A program made the translations under genes and the position numbers. 64,000 bases of DNA from Eledone cirrhosa (Eukaryota), in the NCBI GenBank assembly GCA_964016885.1, contig OZ024761.1, forward strand, positions 13,826,001 through 13,890,000, read 5' to 3'. Shown one piece after another: positions 21,960 through 35,885 of the stretch (positions are counted from its first letter, which is position 1; each line of letters starts with the position of its first letter). The notes under the pieces are model-generated. The model was not told the origin of the DNA, searched no databases, and was given only the letters and a program-made list of their open reading frames with translations.

Positions 21960-23210
21960 ATATGCTATCAACCCAGAAACCTAGGACTACCACAACAATG
22001 ATACACTGGACCAGAGAGAATCAAGATCCCTGAGTCAAAATCAATACATGACCTGGATATTGACATGCGTAATGATGTATCGTTTCATGCAGACATCACA
22101 AAAATAATGGCATGGTGCAGAGAACTGGTTGGTTGGATCTGTAGGCTTTCAGTTCAAGAGATCCAGATTCTATGTTAGTTCTCTGCAGGACTTTCATCCT
22201 CACCCATCTGAACTATTGCTCTCAGCTGTGGTTGCCCCACAGTGTCAAACTAACTGCAGAACTGGAAGCAATCTATTTAAGCTATACCAAGAGGATTGCC
22301 TGTATGAAAGACAACTATTGCTCTCAGCTGTGGTTGCCCCACAGTCTCAAACTAACTGCAGAACTGGAAGCAATCTATTTAAGCTATACCAAGAGGATTG
22401 CCTCTATGAAAGACAACTATTGCTCTCAGCTGTGGTTGCCCCACAGTGTCAAACTAACTGCAGAACTGGAAGCAATCTATTTAAGCTATATCAAGAGGAT
22501 TGCCTCTATGAAAGACAACTATTGCTCTCAGCTGTGGTTGCTCCACAGTGTCAAACTAACTGCAGAACTGGAAGCAATCTATTTAAGCTATACCAAGAGG
22601 ATTGCCTGTATGAAAGACAACTATTGCTCTCAGCTGTGGTTGCTCCACAGTGTCAAACTAACTGCAGAACTGGAAGCAATCTATTTAAGCTACACCAAGA
22701 GGATTGCCTGTATGAAAGACAACTATTGCTCTCAGCTGTGGTTGCTCCACAGTGCCAAACTAACTGCAGAACTGGAAGCAATCTATTTAAGCTACACCAA
22801 GAGGATTGCCTCTATGAAAGACGACTATTGCTCTCAGCTGTGGTTGCTCCACAGTGTCAAACTAACTGCAGAACTGGAAGCAACCGAATGAAGATACACC
22901 AATAGGATTGACTCCATGAAATAGATGAGTTACTGGGAAAGGCTGAAGAAACTATAGCTTTCCTCCCTGGAGCAAAGAATAGAGAATTTCGGGAGAAATA
23001 CGCAGTGATATACATATGGAAGATTCTGGAAGGGTTAGCAGCAAACTTCGACATTGGAAGCAGGACAAGCCCATGTAAAGGATGCTACTGTGTAGTGCCA
23101 AATGTCCCATGTGTTGCATTAAGAAAAAAGACTACATACTGCAATAGCCTGGGGTTCAAGGGAACCCAGCTTTTTAATAAGCTGCCAAAGAATCTGAAAT
23201 ATCTTTATAG
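21960..23210 (+). mobile_element. Decayed CR1/L2-group LINE 3' region
   Basis: HLNYCSQLW.P....LEAI...TKRI and YAVIYIWKILEGL motifs. Confidence 0.75.
22211..22883 (+). repeat. 102-bp tandem repeat, about 6.6 copies, inside the LINE ORF
   Basis: AACTATTGCTCTCAGC recurs at 22211, 22313 and onward; 34-aa repeats in two ORF-track frames. Confidence 0.95.
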
Positions 23211-23558
23211 ATATATATGTTTCATCATTACCATCATCGTTTAATGGCTACCTTCCACGCTATATGTATATATATCTTTATATATGTATATATATATATG
23301 TATACATATGTATACATATGTATATATATATATATGTATATATATATGTATATATATATGTATATATATATGTTTATGTATGTATATATATGTATATATA
23401 TATAACGAAGGAAATGTGGTAAGGAACCAGGTGGACCATAACGCACCAAAGTACTCAATACTTAGGGTAGTAGGGTGGGTAATAGGAACAAGTAAGACCC
23501 CGACGGCTGAGCTTAAGCCGTTTTGACGGCTAATTCTGTATATATATATATATATATA

Positions 23559-24520
23559 CAGGGTGCAGACGATATTTGTTCGCAAGATTACTGTCTATGA
23601 AAAAATAACACAGTAGTTTTATTTTTTAAGATATATTTATCAAACTTGGGTCAGTTTGTCTTCATGACTTGTTCTTTCGATCTCACTCGATAAACCCGCC
23701 ATTGGCTTTGATGACGGCCTCAAGGCGGTCTCGGAACCGGCTACAGGCCTTCGTCACCGTCCCCCGACTTAGGCCCCTAAAGGCACTTGTGATCCTGGCC
23801 TTCAGATCGTCTTTCGTATTGCAGCTAGATATGTTGGTGTCTCGTTCCACTGCGCCCCACACAAAGAAGTCGAGGGGGTTGCAGTCAGGCGAGCTGCGAG
23901 GCCAGATGTCAGGTGAAGTGTGGTCGACGAAGTTCTCTGACAGCCAGGCTTGGGTCTTTCGGCTGGTATGGCAGGGCGATGAGTCTTGTTGCCACACGTA
24001 CGGCCTACCTGCAGCTACCTGGTCGATCCAGGGCTTTACTACCTCACTCAGAACACGGATGTAGCCATCGGTGTTCAGTTTGAGGCCCTCAGGGAAGAAG
24101 TGAGGTGGCATGACGTCACCTTGACTGCTGACGATACCCAAGACCAATGTTGTCGCTGGAAACTTTGTCTGCATGACTCTGGGCATGTCTTTGGATGAGA
24201 CAGCAAGCCACCTGTTGTTCTGGGAGTTGATCTTCTGGTCTTGGCAGAAGTTTTTCTCGTCGGAGAAAAACCACAGCATGTCTGGCTCCAGTGGGTGTTT
24301 CAACTTGTTGATCAGCTTCTTTGCGTGCTTCAGTCGCTTTTCTTGCATCGCCTTTGACAGAAATTGTCCTTTCCTCATCTTGTATGAAACGTAGCGAATG
24401 TCTTCATGTACCACCAGCCTAATGAGCCTTCCATCCACGCCTTTCTCCCTTGCAATGGCACGCATCAACTTGCTAGGTTCATTGTTGATGATATCCTGAA
24501 CTTCAGCGACGAACTCCCCT
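23559..24520 (-). mobile_element. Tc1/mariner DNA transposon, DD37D (maT) type, truncated
   Basis: FSDEKNF, WQQD then 37 residues to SPDCNPLD (counted); terminus TA|CAGGGTG at 23559. Confidence 0.9.
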
Positions 24521-24932
24521 GCAAAGTGGCCGTGGAGGTGCCACGGCAAAAAAGCACCCAGCACTCACTGTAAAGTGGCCGTGGAGGTGCCACGGCAAAA
24601 AAGCACCCAGCACTCACTGTAAAGTGGTCGTGGAGGTGCCACGGCAAAAAAGCACCCAGCACTCACTGTAAAGTGGCCGTGGAGGTGCCACGGCAAAAAA
24701 GCACCCAGCACTCACTGTAAAGTGGCCGTGGAGGTGCCACGGTAAAAAAGCACCCAGCCCACACTGTAAAGTGGTCGTGGAGGTGCCACGGTAAAAAAGC
24801 ACCCAGCCCTCACTGTAAATGAGGTTGGTGTTAGGAAGGGCATCCAGCTGTAGAAATCAAGCCAGAATCAGTCCCCGTCCCACCCTTGCAAGCAGGGAAA
24901 AACGGACGTAAAATGAAATGATGATGATGATG
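24521..24932 (+). mobile_element. RTE-tail/SINE with about six 49-bp internal repeats
   Basis: CACTGTAAAGTGGCCGTGGAGGTGCCACGGCAAAAAAGCACCCAGCACT units; ends GGACGTAAAATGAAAT(GAT)n. Confidence 0.85.
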
Positions 24933-25615
24933 AGCTTTGATTATGTCATCTAATTTATAGTTTCGTAATCGAGCGTAGTTGGTTGTGAAACTGTCAGAAT
25001 GAAGCTGAAAGCCAGTATTGCATGTCATTCGAAGGAATGTCAAATACAAAAGATCACCTGAATGGTTCCTACCGAAACCCACATGCACTTACACGGCTAT
25101 ATATATATATATATATATATATATGCATATGTATGTATGTATGTATGCATATGTATGTATTGTATATATGCATATTGTTGTTGTTGTTATTATTATTATT
25201 ATTATTGTTATTAATGTATATGTGTGTGTCTATATATATGTGTGTGTATATATGTATGTGTATATGCATATATATATATATATATTTATTTTAATTTTAA
25301 TTTTATTTTTTATTTATTAATTAATTTTTTTTCTTTTTCTCCTCGTGCAATGGCCATACTCGATAACGAGGGGGCAGCCATCATATATGCATATGTATGT
25401 ATATATGTATGTATGCATATGTATGTATATATGCATATGTATGTATATATGCATGTATGCATATGTATGTATATATGCATATGTATGTATATATATATGC
25501 ATATGTATGCATGTATATATGCATATGTATGTATATATGCATATGTATGTATATATATATATGTGTATGTATATATGCATGTGTATGTATATATGCATAT
25601 GTATGTATATATATA

Positions 25616-25647
<32 letters not shown>

Positions 25648-26021
25648 CATGTGTGTGTGTGTGTGTGTCTATATATATTTGTGAGTGTGTATGTATATAT
25701 GTGTGTATATATATATATGTGTATGTATATATATATATGTGTGTATTTATATATATATATATGTGTATATATATATACATGTATATATATATATGTGTGT
25801 GTATGTATATAGATATGTGTGTATATATGTGTGTATATATGTGTGTGTATATATATGTATATATGTGTGTGTTTATATATGTATATATATATATGTGAGT
25901 GAATATATATGTATAGGTATGTATATATATATAGGTATGTAGATATATGTATAGGTATGTATATATATATAGGGATGTATATATATATATATATATATAC
26001 ACATACATATATATATATATT

Positions 26022-26396
26022 TACGATCAACTTTTCGTCAAATCGGACCGAGGAAACAATGTTTCCGTTGGTCTTTCCAATTGCTAATACTATCTATCGG
26101 TCGCAACTCCAAGTAGAAGGAGCAACGCGAAATAAAGTGTCTTGCTCAAGGACATAACGCATCGCCCAAATCTCTAACCACTCAGCCACACGCCTTCCAT
26201 ATATATATAATTGTTTCTACTTTTGGCACAAGGCCAGCAAATAACCCAGTACATTACTGGTACTTTATTTTATCGGCCCCGTAAGGATGAAAGGCAAAGT
26301 TAACCTCGACGGGATTTGAACACAGACCATAAAGGGACGTAACTATGCTAGAAAGCATGGCGTCCAACTCTCTACCGATACTGCCAATTCACCGCA
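26022..26396 (-). mobile_element. Two adjacent SINEs (type 2 at 26022-26200, type 1 at 26208-26396)
   Basis: Reverse complements of 21251-21472 and 2271-2458. Confidence 0.85.
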
Positions 26397-26605
26397 TATA
26401 TATAATGAACACACATACATTTATACATAACTAGTTATATACATAACTATAGCATTCATTAATATATACAGATACACAAATATACACAATGTTCCTAGAA
26501 CTAGATGTAATAACTATATACTAGATTCATTAACATACACACTCACACGAGACATCGCTATCATACTAATTGACTTGCCTAGGACGCATAGACAGTCATT
26601 GTTTG

Positions 26606-26637
<32 letters not shown>

Positions 26638-26756
26638 TATTTATTTATATATATATATATATATACTTATTAGCATATATATAATTATCTATCTAGCATA
26701 TATTTTATTTGACATACATATGGCCTGATAATATCCGTTGTATACACGCGCGCGCG

Positions 26757-26819
<63 letters not shown>

Positions 26820-26830
26820 CCAGCATTTTA

Positions 26831-26868
<38 letters not shown>

Positions 26869-27105
26869 AGCATTTTAAATATTATATATATATATATATA
26901 TCCAGCATTTTAAATATTATATATATATATATATATATATATCCAGCATTTTAAATATTATCTATCTATCTATATATATATATATATATATATATCCAGC
27001 ATATATATATATATATATCCACCATTTTAAATATTATATATATATATTATATATATAAATGAAAGGTATAGAAAGTATTGTAGCAAGAAGCCAACAGTAT
27101 TCCAT

Positions 27106-27152
<47 letters not shown>

Positions 27153-27544
27153 ATCTAGCATTTTAAATATTATATATATATATATACACACACACACTTA
27201 CAAACTCATGCGCTCAACAGGAACATATATTATAATTTCTAACGGAAACACCCACAAATGTGTACACACACACACACACTATATGGGTGTGAAAGTCCAT
27301 ATATTTAGTCACTATGTACACCACTGTCGATCAACAGCCTTCGTATATGCACTATATATATATATATATATATACATACATATATATATATCATATGCAT
27401 AAGTCTATACACGTATATATATTAACAATCCATTGACTAATTAGGCAGATATATATTATTATACAATTTATACGCATATATATCTTCGGATTTTAGTCTT
27501 CTCATTTACTATTACTATATATATATATATAACATTTAATATAT

Positions 27545-27732
27545 AAATGGCTTCTACAAGATTAGTACTGTTTCATTTGAAGGAAATCATCAGGGCTTTC
27601 CTGATGATTTCCTTCGAATGAAACAGTTTTAGTCACGTAGAAGCCATTTCTATATTAAATTTGTCGTGTACACTCTACTAATGAATTGAGTACCTTACTT
27701 TCTGTGGTTACCCCCGATTGAAACCGGGACTC
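27545..27732 (+). mobile_element. Hammerhead palindrome, family A (diverged)
   Basis: Arms 27545-27594 and 27600-27649; CTGATGA 27601-27607, GAAA 27620-27623, GTA 27637-27639; tail to 27732. Confidence 0.85.
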
Positions 27733-27819
27733 ACACACACACACACATATATACACACATACGTAATATATATGTATTAGTGTGCGATCTCCTGCATCGA
27801 ATGCATTAAATGCGAGCGT

Positions 27820-27858
<39 letters not shown>

Positions 27859-28025
27859 CTATATATATATATACATAATATATTTACTCATTCATACAAA
27901 CCTATACGTGTATATGCGTGTGCTTGCCTGTGTGTGTCCGTGTGGATATATGTGTATGTAATTATGACATTTACACACGTACACATTAATTGATATGAAC
28001 GTACACACACACAAGAATATGTATA

Positions 28026-29862
28026 TCATCATCATCATCATCATCATCATACGTCCGCTTTTCCCTGCTTGCAAGGGTGGGACAGGTCTTATTCAGCACA
28101 GCTTCTCTCCACTCGTCACGGTCCCTCGTCATCTCCACCATGAGCTTCAATGATCTGAGGTCTGTTCTCACCACCTCCGCCCATGTTTTTTCGTGGTCTA
28201 CCTCTACCACGTCTTCCTTCAACTGGCAATTCCTGGCACTTCCTCACCCATCGGTCATCCTCCATGCGCATCACATGTCCATACCACCTCAGTCTCCTCT
28301 CCCGTACACTACATTCTATCCCTCTCAGACACAGTTTCTCTCTCAACACATTTATGCTGGGTCGTTCACGCACATTTACACTGCACATCCAACGGAGCAC
28401 AGGCATCATACAACCGGCTTTTCGTATGCAGGGAGAAACCCTTCTTCGTCAACAGAGGAAGCAGCTCCCTAAACTTCTTCCAACCCGTCCTTATTCTAGA
28501 TACTATGGCCTCGGAACACCTTCCTCCCATGCTAATCTGATCTCCTAGGTACCGGAAGCTATCCACCATTTCTATAGCGCCCTCCTGAATTTGAAAAATG
28601 TGTCTATCAATGCGACTTCTACTGTCTAATTTCCCTGTACATCTACTGCATACATATTTCTCCCTACCTGTTAGTTTGCCTGCTATCCCGCTACATCTCT
28701 TGTGTACCCAGGATCTACATTGTGTGCATCTTATAGAATTTATGCCAGTTCCTTTTCTGCATATCGAACATGGCCATTTCCCTGACGGAATCAGGGTTTT
28801 GTCCTCTTTTCTACTCATCAACACTTTTGTCTTAGCTAGATTCACTCTCAGTCCTCTTGCTTCCAACTGCTGTTTCCATAACCAGAATTTATTCTCTAGC
28901 TCCTCTACTGATTCTGCTATAAGAACCAGATCGTCAGCATAGAGAAGTTCCCATGGACAGCCAGTCTTAAACTCCTCTGTTATGGCTTGGAGGACTATAA
29001 TGAACAAGAGTGGGCTGAGGACCGAACCCTGATGTACTCCTACTTGTATCTGGAATTCCTCACTAAACTCCATTCCTACCCTGACTTAACTGAGAGTACC
29101 TCTGTACAAAGTTTGCACTGTCCTCACAAGCCATTCCTCAACACCTAGCTTCCTTAGGGACCACCAGATGACAGATCGGGGTACCCTATCAAAGGCCTTC
29201 TCTAGGCCAACAAAGGCTAAGTATAGTGGCTTATTCTTCTCTAAGAACCTCTCTTGCATTTGTCTCACCAAGAAGAGGGCATCTGTTGTACTCTTCCCAG
29301 GCACAAAACCAAACTGCATCTCATCTAGTTTGACCCTTTCTCTAATTAGTTGTGCTAAAATCCTTTCTGCCACTTTCATAACCTGATCTATCAGTTTTAT
29401 ACCCCTATAATTGCTCCTCTCCAAAGCATCCCCTTTACCTTTGTAGCAATTTATGAGAATACTGCTGCACCAGTCTTTGGGTATGACACCACCAAATATA
29501 GCCTGATTGGTGATGCGTGCAACCGGTTTAGTGCCTACGTCCCCTGATGCCTTCAGCATCTCAGCAACTATTCCCGATGGTCCGGCAGCCTTACCATTTT
29601 TCATTTCCTTAATCGCCTCTTGGACCCTATATTCGTCAATCTCAATAGCTGGTCCCTCTGTCGGATCTACCAAGGGTAATTTCTCTCTCTCCCATTCGTT
29701 CTCCACATTCATCAGTCTCTCATAATGACATTTCCAGGCCTCCTTTTTCTGATCATTCGTGACACTAAGTACACCGGCATCATCCTGGACACATTTATCT
29801 CCAACAACATCCTGATTTGCATTGACACACTGCCTTGCAATGTGGAACACTGCATGCCTCTG
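28026..29862 (-). mobile_element. RTE-clade LINE (second subfamily), frameshifted and 5'-truncated
   Basis: ORFs 29086-29850, 28366-29073, 28116-28409 with NYRGIKL, QFGF, LYADD; (GAT)n tail. Confidence 0.95.
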
Positions 29863-29966
29863 ATCTTATGTATGTATATATATATATATATATATACATA
29901 CACATCATTTATCACAGACACATACATGTATGTAACTCTTTACACTGACACACACACACCTCTCTA

Positions 29967-30266
29967 TGCGTGTCCCCCCAAAATGTATACACACTTATGT
30001 TAGATTACTGTTGAAGTGTGTATACATTTTTTTGAACACCCTGTGTATGTGGGTGTATATATATATATATTTATTTATTTATGCCATTACCAAAGGTTTC
30101 AGGAAACTAGACGATCCTTACAAAAAAGTCCAGCTCGTTCATCAGCTGAAATAGTTAGTGATATATATACACACACAGGGTGTCCCCAAAGAGTGTATAC
30201 ACACTTTGATTATCTGTACAGGCAATATGTATTAGAAAGTGTGTATACATTTTGTGGGACACCCTA
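29967..30266. mobile_element. Two tiny Tc1/mariner-type MITEs (29967-30043 and 30176-30266)
   Basis: CAGGGTGTCCCCAAA..TGTATACACACTT / AAGTGTGTATACATTTT..GGACACCCT inverted termini. Confidence 0.75.
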
Positions 30267-30291
30267 CATATATATATATATATATATATAT

Positions 30292-30637
30292 CATCATCAT
30301 TTCATCATTTCATTTTACGTCCGCTTTTCCCTGCTTGCAAGGGTGGGACGGGAACTGATTCTGGCTTGATTTCTACAGCTGGATGCCCTTCCTAACACCG
30401 ACCTCATTTACAGTGTGGGCTGGGTGCTTGTTTGGTCGTGGCACCTCCACGACACTTTGCAGTGGAATGATAGGGACCCCAGTCCCTATCATCTCATTTC
30501 TACAGCTGAGTAAACTGGAGCAATGTGAAATAAAGTGTCTTGCTCAAGGAAACAACACATCACCCGGTCTGAGAATTGAACTCACAATCTGTCGATTGCA
30601 AGGCCAATGCGCTAACCACTTAGCCATGTGTCTCCAT
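30292..30637 (-). mobile_element. Full-length SINE: tRNA head, CORE-like body, RTE-derived tail (type 3)
   Basis: A/B boxes, CCTTGAGCAAGACACTT, tail shared with RTE elements; copies at 45523-45842 and 52290-52637. Confidence 0.9.
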
Positions 30638-30746
30638 ATTTATAGTAATATTAATGAGAGTAAAATTTTAGTCAGTTGCTATGTGTATTTTAGCTCAATG
30701 CAATGATAGGATCATGCAAAGGTGTTGTATTTGTTAAGGAATTGTA

Positions 30747-30795
<49 letters not shown>

Positions 30796-30899
30796 GCATT
30801 TCCTACTATTACATCATACTTTACTCTGTGGAATGACCAGTTCTATCCAGTGGTGAACCACCAAACTTATATGAATATATATATATATATATACTTAAT

Positions 30900-31118
30900 A
30901 TAGAAATGACTTCTACAGGACTAGAACTGTTTCATTCGGGAGAAATCATCAGGAAGCCGACTGTTCAAGTAATATTTTGGACAGTCGGCTTCCTGATGAT
31001 TTCTCCTGAATGAAACAGTTCTAGTCCTGTAGAAGCCATTTCTATTTTAAATATTTATACTCTCTGCTATAAATTGAGTACCTTAGTTAATGTTGTTACC
31101 CCTGATTGAACCTGGGAT
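30900..31118 (+). mobile_element. Hammerhead palindrome, family A
   Basis: Arms about 30900-30969 and 30977-31045; tail to 31118. Confidence 0.9.
30987..31037 (+). ncRNA. Type I hammerhead ribozyme (mirror on - strand 30908-30958)
   Basis: GGCTTC-CTGATGA-tTTCtcctGAAt-GAAA-CAGttctagtcCTG-TA-GAAGCC; perfect 6-bp stem I. Confidence 0.85.
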
Positions 31119-31120
31119 AA

Positions 31121-31154
<34 letters not shown>

Positions 31155-31156
<2 letters not shown>

Positions 31157-31860
31157 GCTGGATGTGTAATAGTAATATACGTGAACGGCAAAGCATAAAC
31201 GAACTAAGGGAAAAATTAGAAACAAGAGGGATCAGATGTTGTTTACTCGAGAGAAGGCTATGTTGGTATGGTCACGTGATGCGCATGAAAGACAACAGCT
31301 GTATAAAAAAGTGCAGGGCAATAAAAATAGACGGTAGCCACGGAGTAGGCAGACCCAGAAAAAGCTGAGACGACTTGATAAATTCCAACCTCACACGCTT
31401 ACACCTCTCCAAGACAATGTCACTGGACCGAGATCTTTGGCGCTACACAGTAATAGAGAAGACCCGCCTTACCTAAATACAAAGTAAAACCTACTACAGT
31501 CAGTAGGCATCTCTAACAAAATACACCCCGTCCCACTACCCCCACCCCATCCACACCACCCCTTTCAATGTAAAGTTATGTTGGTACCACAACATCCAGG
31601 CCGAAACAAATGAGGTCGTGTAGGTGTCACGACAAAAAAACACACAGTCCACGCTGTAATGTGGCCGTGTAGGTAACACAGTAAAAACCTCCCAGTCCAC
31701 ACTGTAAATGTGGTTGGTGTTAGGAAGGGCATCCAGCCGTAGAAAACCTGCCAGACAGTCCTATGTCAGCAAGACAACCACTCTTGCCTCAAGTGGGAAA
31801 ACTCCCGTCCAAACCCATGCAAGCGTGGAATAATGGACGTTAAACGATGATGATGATGAT
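31155..31860 (+). mobile_element. RTE LINE 3' end
   Basis: [25 protein letters not shown]; 3' UTR and (GAT)n tail. Confidence 0.9.
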
Positions 31861-31884
31861 ATATATACACACACACACACTCTT

Positions 31885-33060
31885 TTACTCTGTTGCAGCC
31901 ATCTGGCTGAGGTCATGCTAGGGCACTGCCTTGTTGCTTCAGTTTCTATATCCAGCCTGTGTTGGTTGGCCATTGATGTAGGAAGGAGTTCGTTGCTACT
32001 GTCCTTAGGTTACCTTCATTCCATGGTGTGGGTTTATGTGGGATCCTGGATAGCAGAGTGTCAAGATGTTTCTTGGAAACATCCATGTCCACACCATGCA
32101 GATCTCTCAATTATCTTGGAAGCTTATTAATGAGTTGAGGGCCTTTGAACCTTATTCTAGATGTGAAAGACGGGACCTTTGGCACCACACAATGACATCC
32201 TGTTCGAGGGTTGGTCCAGCTGTCAATACCAAAGTTTGGTGCTAGTCCCTCCAGGATCTTCAACATGTACCTCTCCCACCTTCATTCCAAGGAGTAGAGT
32301 TTTAGTTCTTTTAGTCTCTCCCAGTAGCTCATCTCCTTCATTGTGGCAATCCTCTTGGTTTAGCTTCGATAGATTGCTTCAAGCTCCGTGGTTATTTTGG
32401 CACTATCTGATGTCCATAGTTGGGAGCAATAGTCCATTCAGCTCAGGACAAATGTCCTCCATAGTACTAACATGGTTTTTCAGTCTCTTGTCTTGAAAGT
32501 CCTCAAGATCCAGCCAACGAGTTGTCTACACATTGTCACAATTTTCATGATGTGTGAATAAAATGATACAGCTTTGTTGTACTGTCCTTGTGTTGATATC
32601 ATAGTGTTGATATCGTAGGGCTTGAACATTTCCAGCAATAAATTGCATGTTGTTGCCTTCAGCCCATTTGTATATGGTATCTAGATCTTATTGCAAAAGA
32701 GTAGTATCAGCTGGGTTCTTGATTGCCTGTGCTACCTTTGTGTCATCAGCATAACTAGTGAGGGATGTTGTATGTACTACAGAGGGCATGTCTGAAAGAG
32801 CCACCAAAAACAGTAGTGGCCCCAAGACTGTGCCCTGGGGCCCTCTGTTTGTTATTAATGTTTCCTTTTAGAGGGCCCTATTGGCTGCAACAATCTGGCT
32901 GTCTTTTAAGAAGTCATGCAGCCACTCACCTACCTTTCCAGTTATACTGAATCTGTGTAGTTTGTGACTTATCATTCCATGGTTGACCTTGTTGAAGGCC
33001 TTCGCAAATTCAAGATATATCACTTCCACATGTGAGCTGTCCAGTAGTTGTTTTAGTAGT
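31885..33060 (-). mobile_element. Decayed CR1/L2-group LINE RT
   Basis: Minus-strand VIYLEFAKAFNKV (about 33025-32985) and SYADDTK (about 32757-32737); many stops. Confidence 0.8.
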
Positions 33061-33342
33061 TTTTAGCCTCTGCTCTGCTTCCTCCTTTATTGATAGGGCA
33101 TACTAGCTCTCTGGGTAGTTTATCACTAGCCAGAGAACTTCTGATGAGGGTCTTCAGTGGTCTTGCTAAGGCACGCTTACATGTTTTTAGGAGGATTGCT
33201 AGGTATCCATCAGGTACAGCAGCTGTACCTGATGTTGGTGAGTTTCACCAGGCTCCTGACCTTCAACAGCAGCACTGGTGTGACATTTAGGGTGTCGGCA
33301 GAAGCTTTTGATATATATATATATATATCTTTATCCATATAT

Positions 33343-34552
33343 ATCATCATCATCATCATTTTATGTCTGCTTTTCCTTGCCTGCAATGGTGGGACAGGTC
33401 CTCTTCAGCACAGCATCTCTCCACTTGCCACGGTCCTTCGTCATCTCCTCTGTGAGCTTCAGCGATCTGAGGTCTGCTCTCACCACCTACGTCCATGTTT
33501 TACGTGGTCTTCCTCTACTTCATTGTCAAGTTCCATCCTGTCTTGATTCTAGATACTATGGCCTTGAAGCATCCTCCTCCCTTGTTAATCTAATCATCCA
33601 GATATCGGAAGCTATCGACCACCTCTATATATCCTATCCCTGATGGTGCAGTGGCCTTACTGCTTTTCATTTCCTTAATTGCTTCTCTGACCCTATAGTC
33701 ATCAACCTCAATAGCTGGTCCCTCTGTTGGGTGTAGTTTCTCTCTCTCTCCATTCATTCTCAACATTCATCAGTCTCTCATAATGATTTCTTTATTAACC
33801 ACAAGGGTTTACATAAAGTAGACATTAAGGACAGTGCAGGACAATACAGGACGGTACTAATGGGCATTTCTGCGTGTAAAAAACAAAAACAGAGGATGTA
33901 ACAAAAAAAAATAACAATGAAAAATTCCCCAATAGGGGGGAGACTTCGGAGGAACATTTGTGGAGAAAGCCCAGTAAAAGGCCACAGTGACCCTGACCAC
34001 CAAGGCAAGTCCCCTCTCCCAGTTTTCAGTCTCTCATAATGACATTTCTAGGCATACTTCTTCTGAGCATCAGTGATGCTGAGTGCACCAGCATAATTTC
34101 GGACACACTTATCTCCAACATCTTGATTCACACTGACACACTGCCTTGCAATGTGGAACACCCCACATCTCTGATCTTCTCGTCACAGAACATTGGCAAA
34201 CCTCCTACTCTCAGCTTCACTGCATGCTAAGTATACTTGACATCAAGCCTCTCTTTTAGTGGCTGAGTATCGGTCTCTACTTCCACCATTTTTCCAATCC
34301 TTCCAGGCTTGTCTTTTGTCTTTAATGGCTCTAACTACCGTGCTGTTCCACCACCAAGTCACCCTCTGTCTGGTTGGAGCTTTTCTCCAGCTACAAGTCC
34401 TTCTGTTGCGTGCAGTAGGTTGTCACGTAAGAACTTCCAGTTATCTTCTATATCATACAACTCTAAATCATCTACTTTCTTGTCATACACATCTTGTAGG
34501 GTTTTTCTAAACTTATATTTAAGTGAAAGGTCCTTTAGCTTCCATACCTTCC
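33343..34552 (-). mobile_element. Decayed, internally deleted RTE LINE
   Basis: Patchwork similarity to 28026-29862; RKVWKLKD motif. Confidence 0.8.
33787..34025 (-). mobile_element. Non-LTR retrotransposon 3' end (possibly L1/Tx1-like) with 17-bp target-site duplication
   Basis: TCAGTCTCTCATAATGA at 33770-33786 and 34026-34042; minus strand ends CCTTGTGGTTAATAAAGAAA. Confidence 0.75.
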
Positions 34553-34571
34553 TGTATGTATACATACACAC

Positions 34572-34628
<57 letters not shown>

Positions 34629-34630
<2 letters not shown>

Positions 34631-35654
34631 TCATCATCATCACCGTTTTACGTCCGTTCTTCCACGCTAGCATGGGTTAGACGGGTTGTCCTGTTGTGGG
34701 CAGTGTCTGGTCGGCTGACCATGCCTTGCTCATACAGGAACTGATCTGGCTTGATTTCTACAGCTGGATGCCCTTCCTAACACCAACCTCATTTACAGTG
34801 AGTGCTGGGTGCTTTTTCGTGGCGCCTACACGTCCACTTTACAGTGTGGGCTGGGTGCTTTTTTGCCGTGGCACCTCCACGACCACCATATTGTTTATAT
34901 GCTTCAGCATGTACCCATGGGAGGTCGGGTACCCTGTATTACTGCGTGACGCCAGAAGTCACGGTCGTGTGTCATTGACTTTGAGAGGTGTAGTTGGGTA
35001 AGGTCGGCTTTTATCACCTCATCCCAAGTCATCTTGGGTCTCCCCACTCCGCGGTTTCCATCAACTTCTAGTGCTCTGCACCTTTTTATGCAGCTGTCAT
35101 CCTTCATACGCATCACATGTCCATACCAGCGTAACCGCCTCTCCTGCACGCAGCATTTGATTCCTCTTATGCTCAGTCTCTCTCTCAATTCCTTTATGCT
35201 TTGTCGTTCACGTATATTACTGTTACACATCCATCGGAGCATGCAGGCTTCGTTTCTCTCTAATCTACGTAAGTCTTCCACCTTCAGCGCCCAGGTCTCA
35301 CTACCATGCAACATCGCTGTTCGGATACACGCATCATACAGTCTGCCTTTCATTCTGAGGGAGAAGCCTTTTGCAGCTAGCAGTGGTAGTAGTTCCCTAA
35401 ACTTCTTCCATCCCGTTCTTACCCTAGTTATTGTACTTTCTGAGCACCCACCTCCGTTGCTAATTCGGTCACCTAGGTAGCAGAAGCTGTCTACTGTTTC
35501 TACAGGGCCCTCCCAGAGATTGGTGGTACTTGTTTCCTGTGGCTGTTTGCTTGCTGTTTCAGCACAGCTGCTGCATGTGAATCCTACATTCTTAATTAAG
35601 CTTCCTGAGATCCCGCTACATCTCTTGTGTACCCATTGTTTGCATTTGGGGCAG
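34629..35654 (-). mobile_element. RTE LINE 3' end, nearly identical to 16019-16967
   Basis: Same translation in ORF track; retains the 36 aa missing in the other copy. Confidence 0.95.
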
Positions 35655-35707
35655 ACAGTCGATTGACAAGATCCCAGATCCCATTCGCTTAACGAGTGGG
35701 GTGTATG

Positions 35708-35765
<58 letters not shown>

Positions 35766-35769
35766 CACG

Positions 35770-35801
<32 letters not shown>

Positions 35802-35828
35802 CACGTATATGTATATATATATATATGT

Positions 35829-35885
<57 letters not shown>

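Noticed and set aside
22129-22905. Repeat protein gene
   Set aside because: Tandem duplication within a decayed LINE ORF
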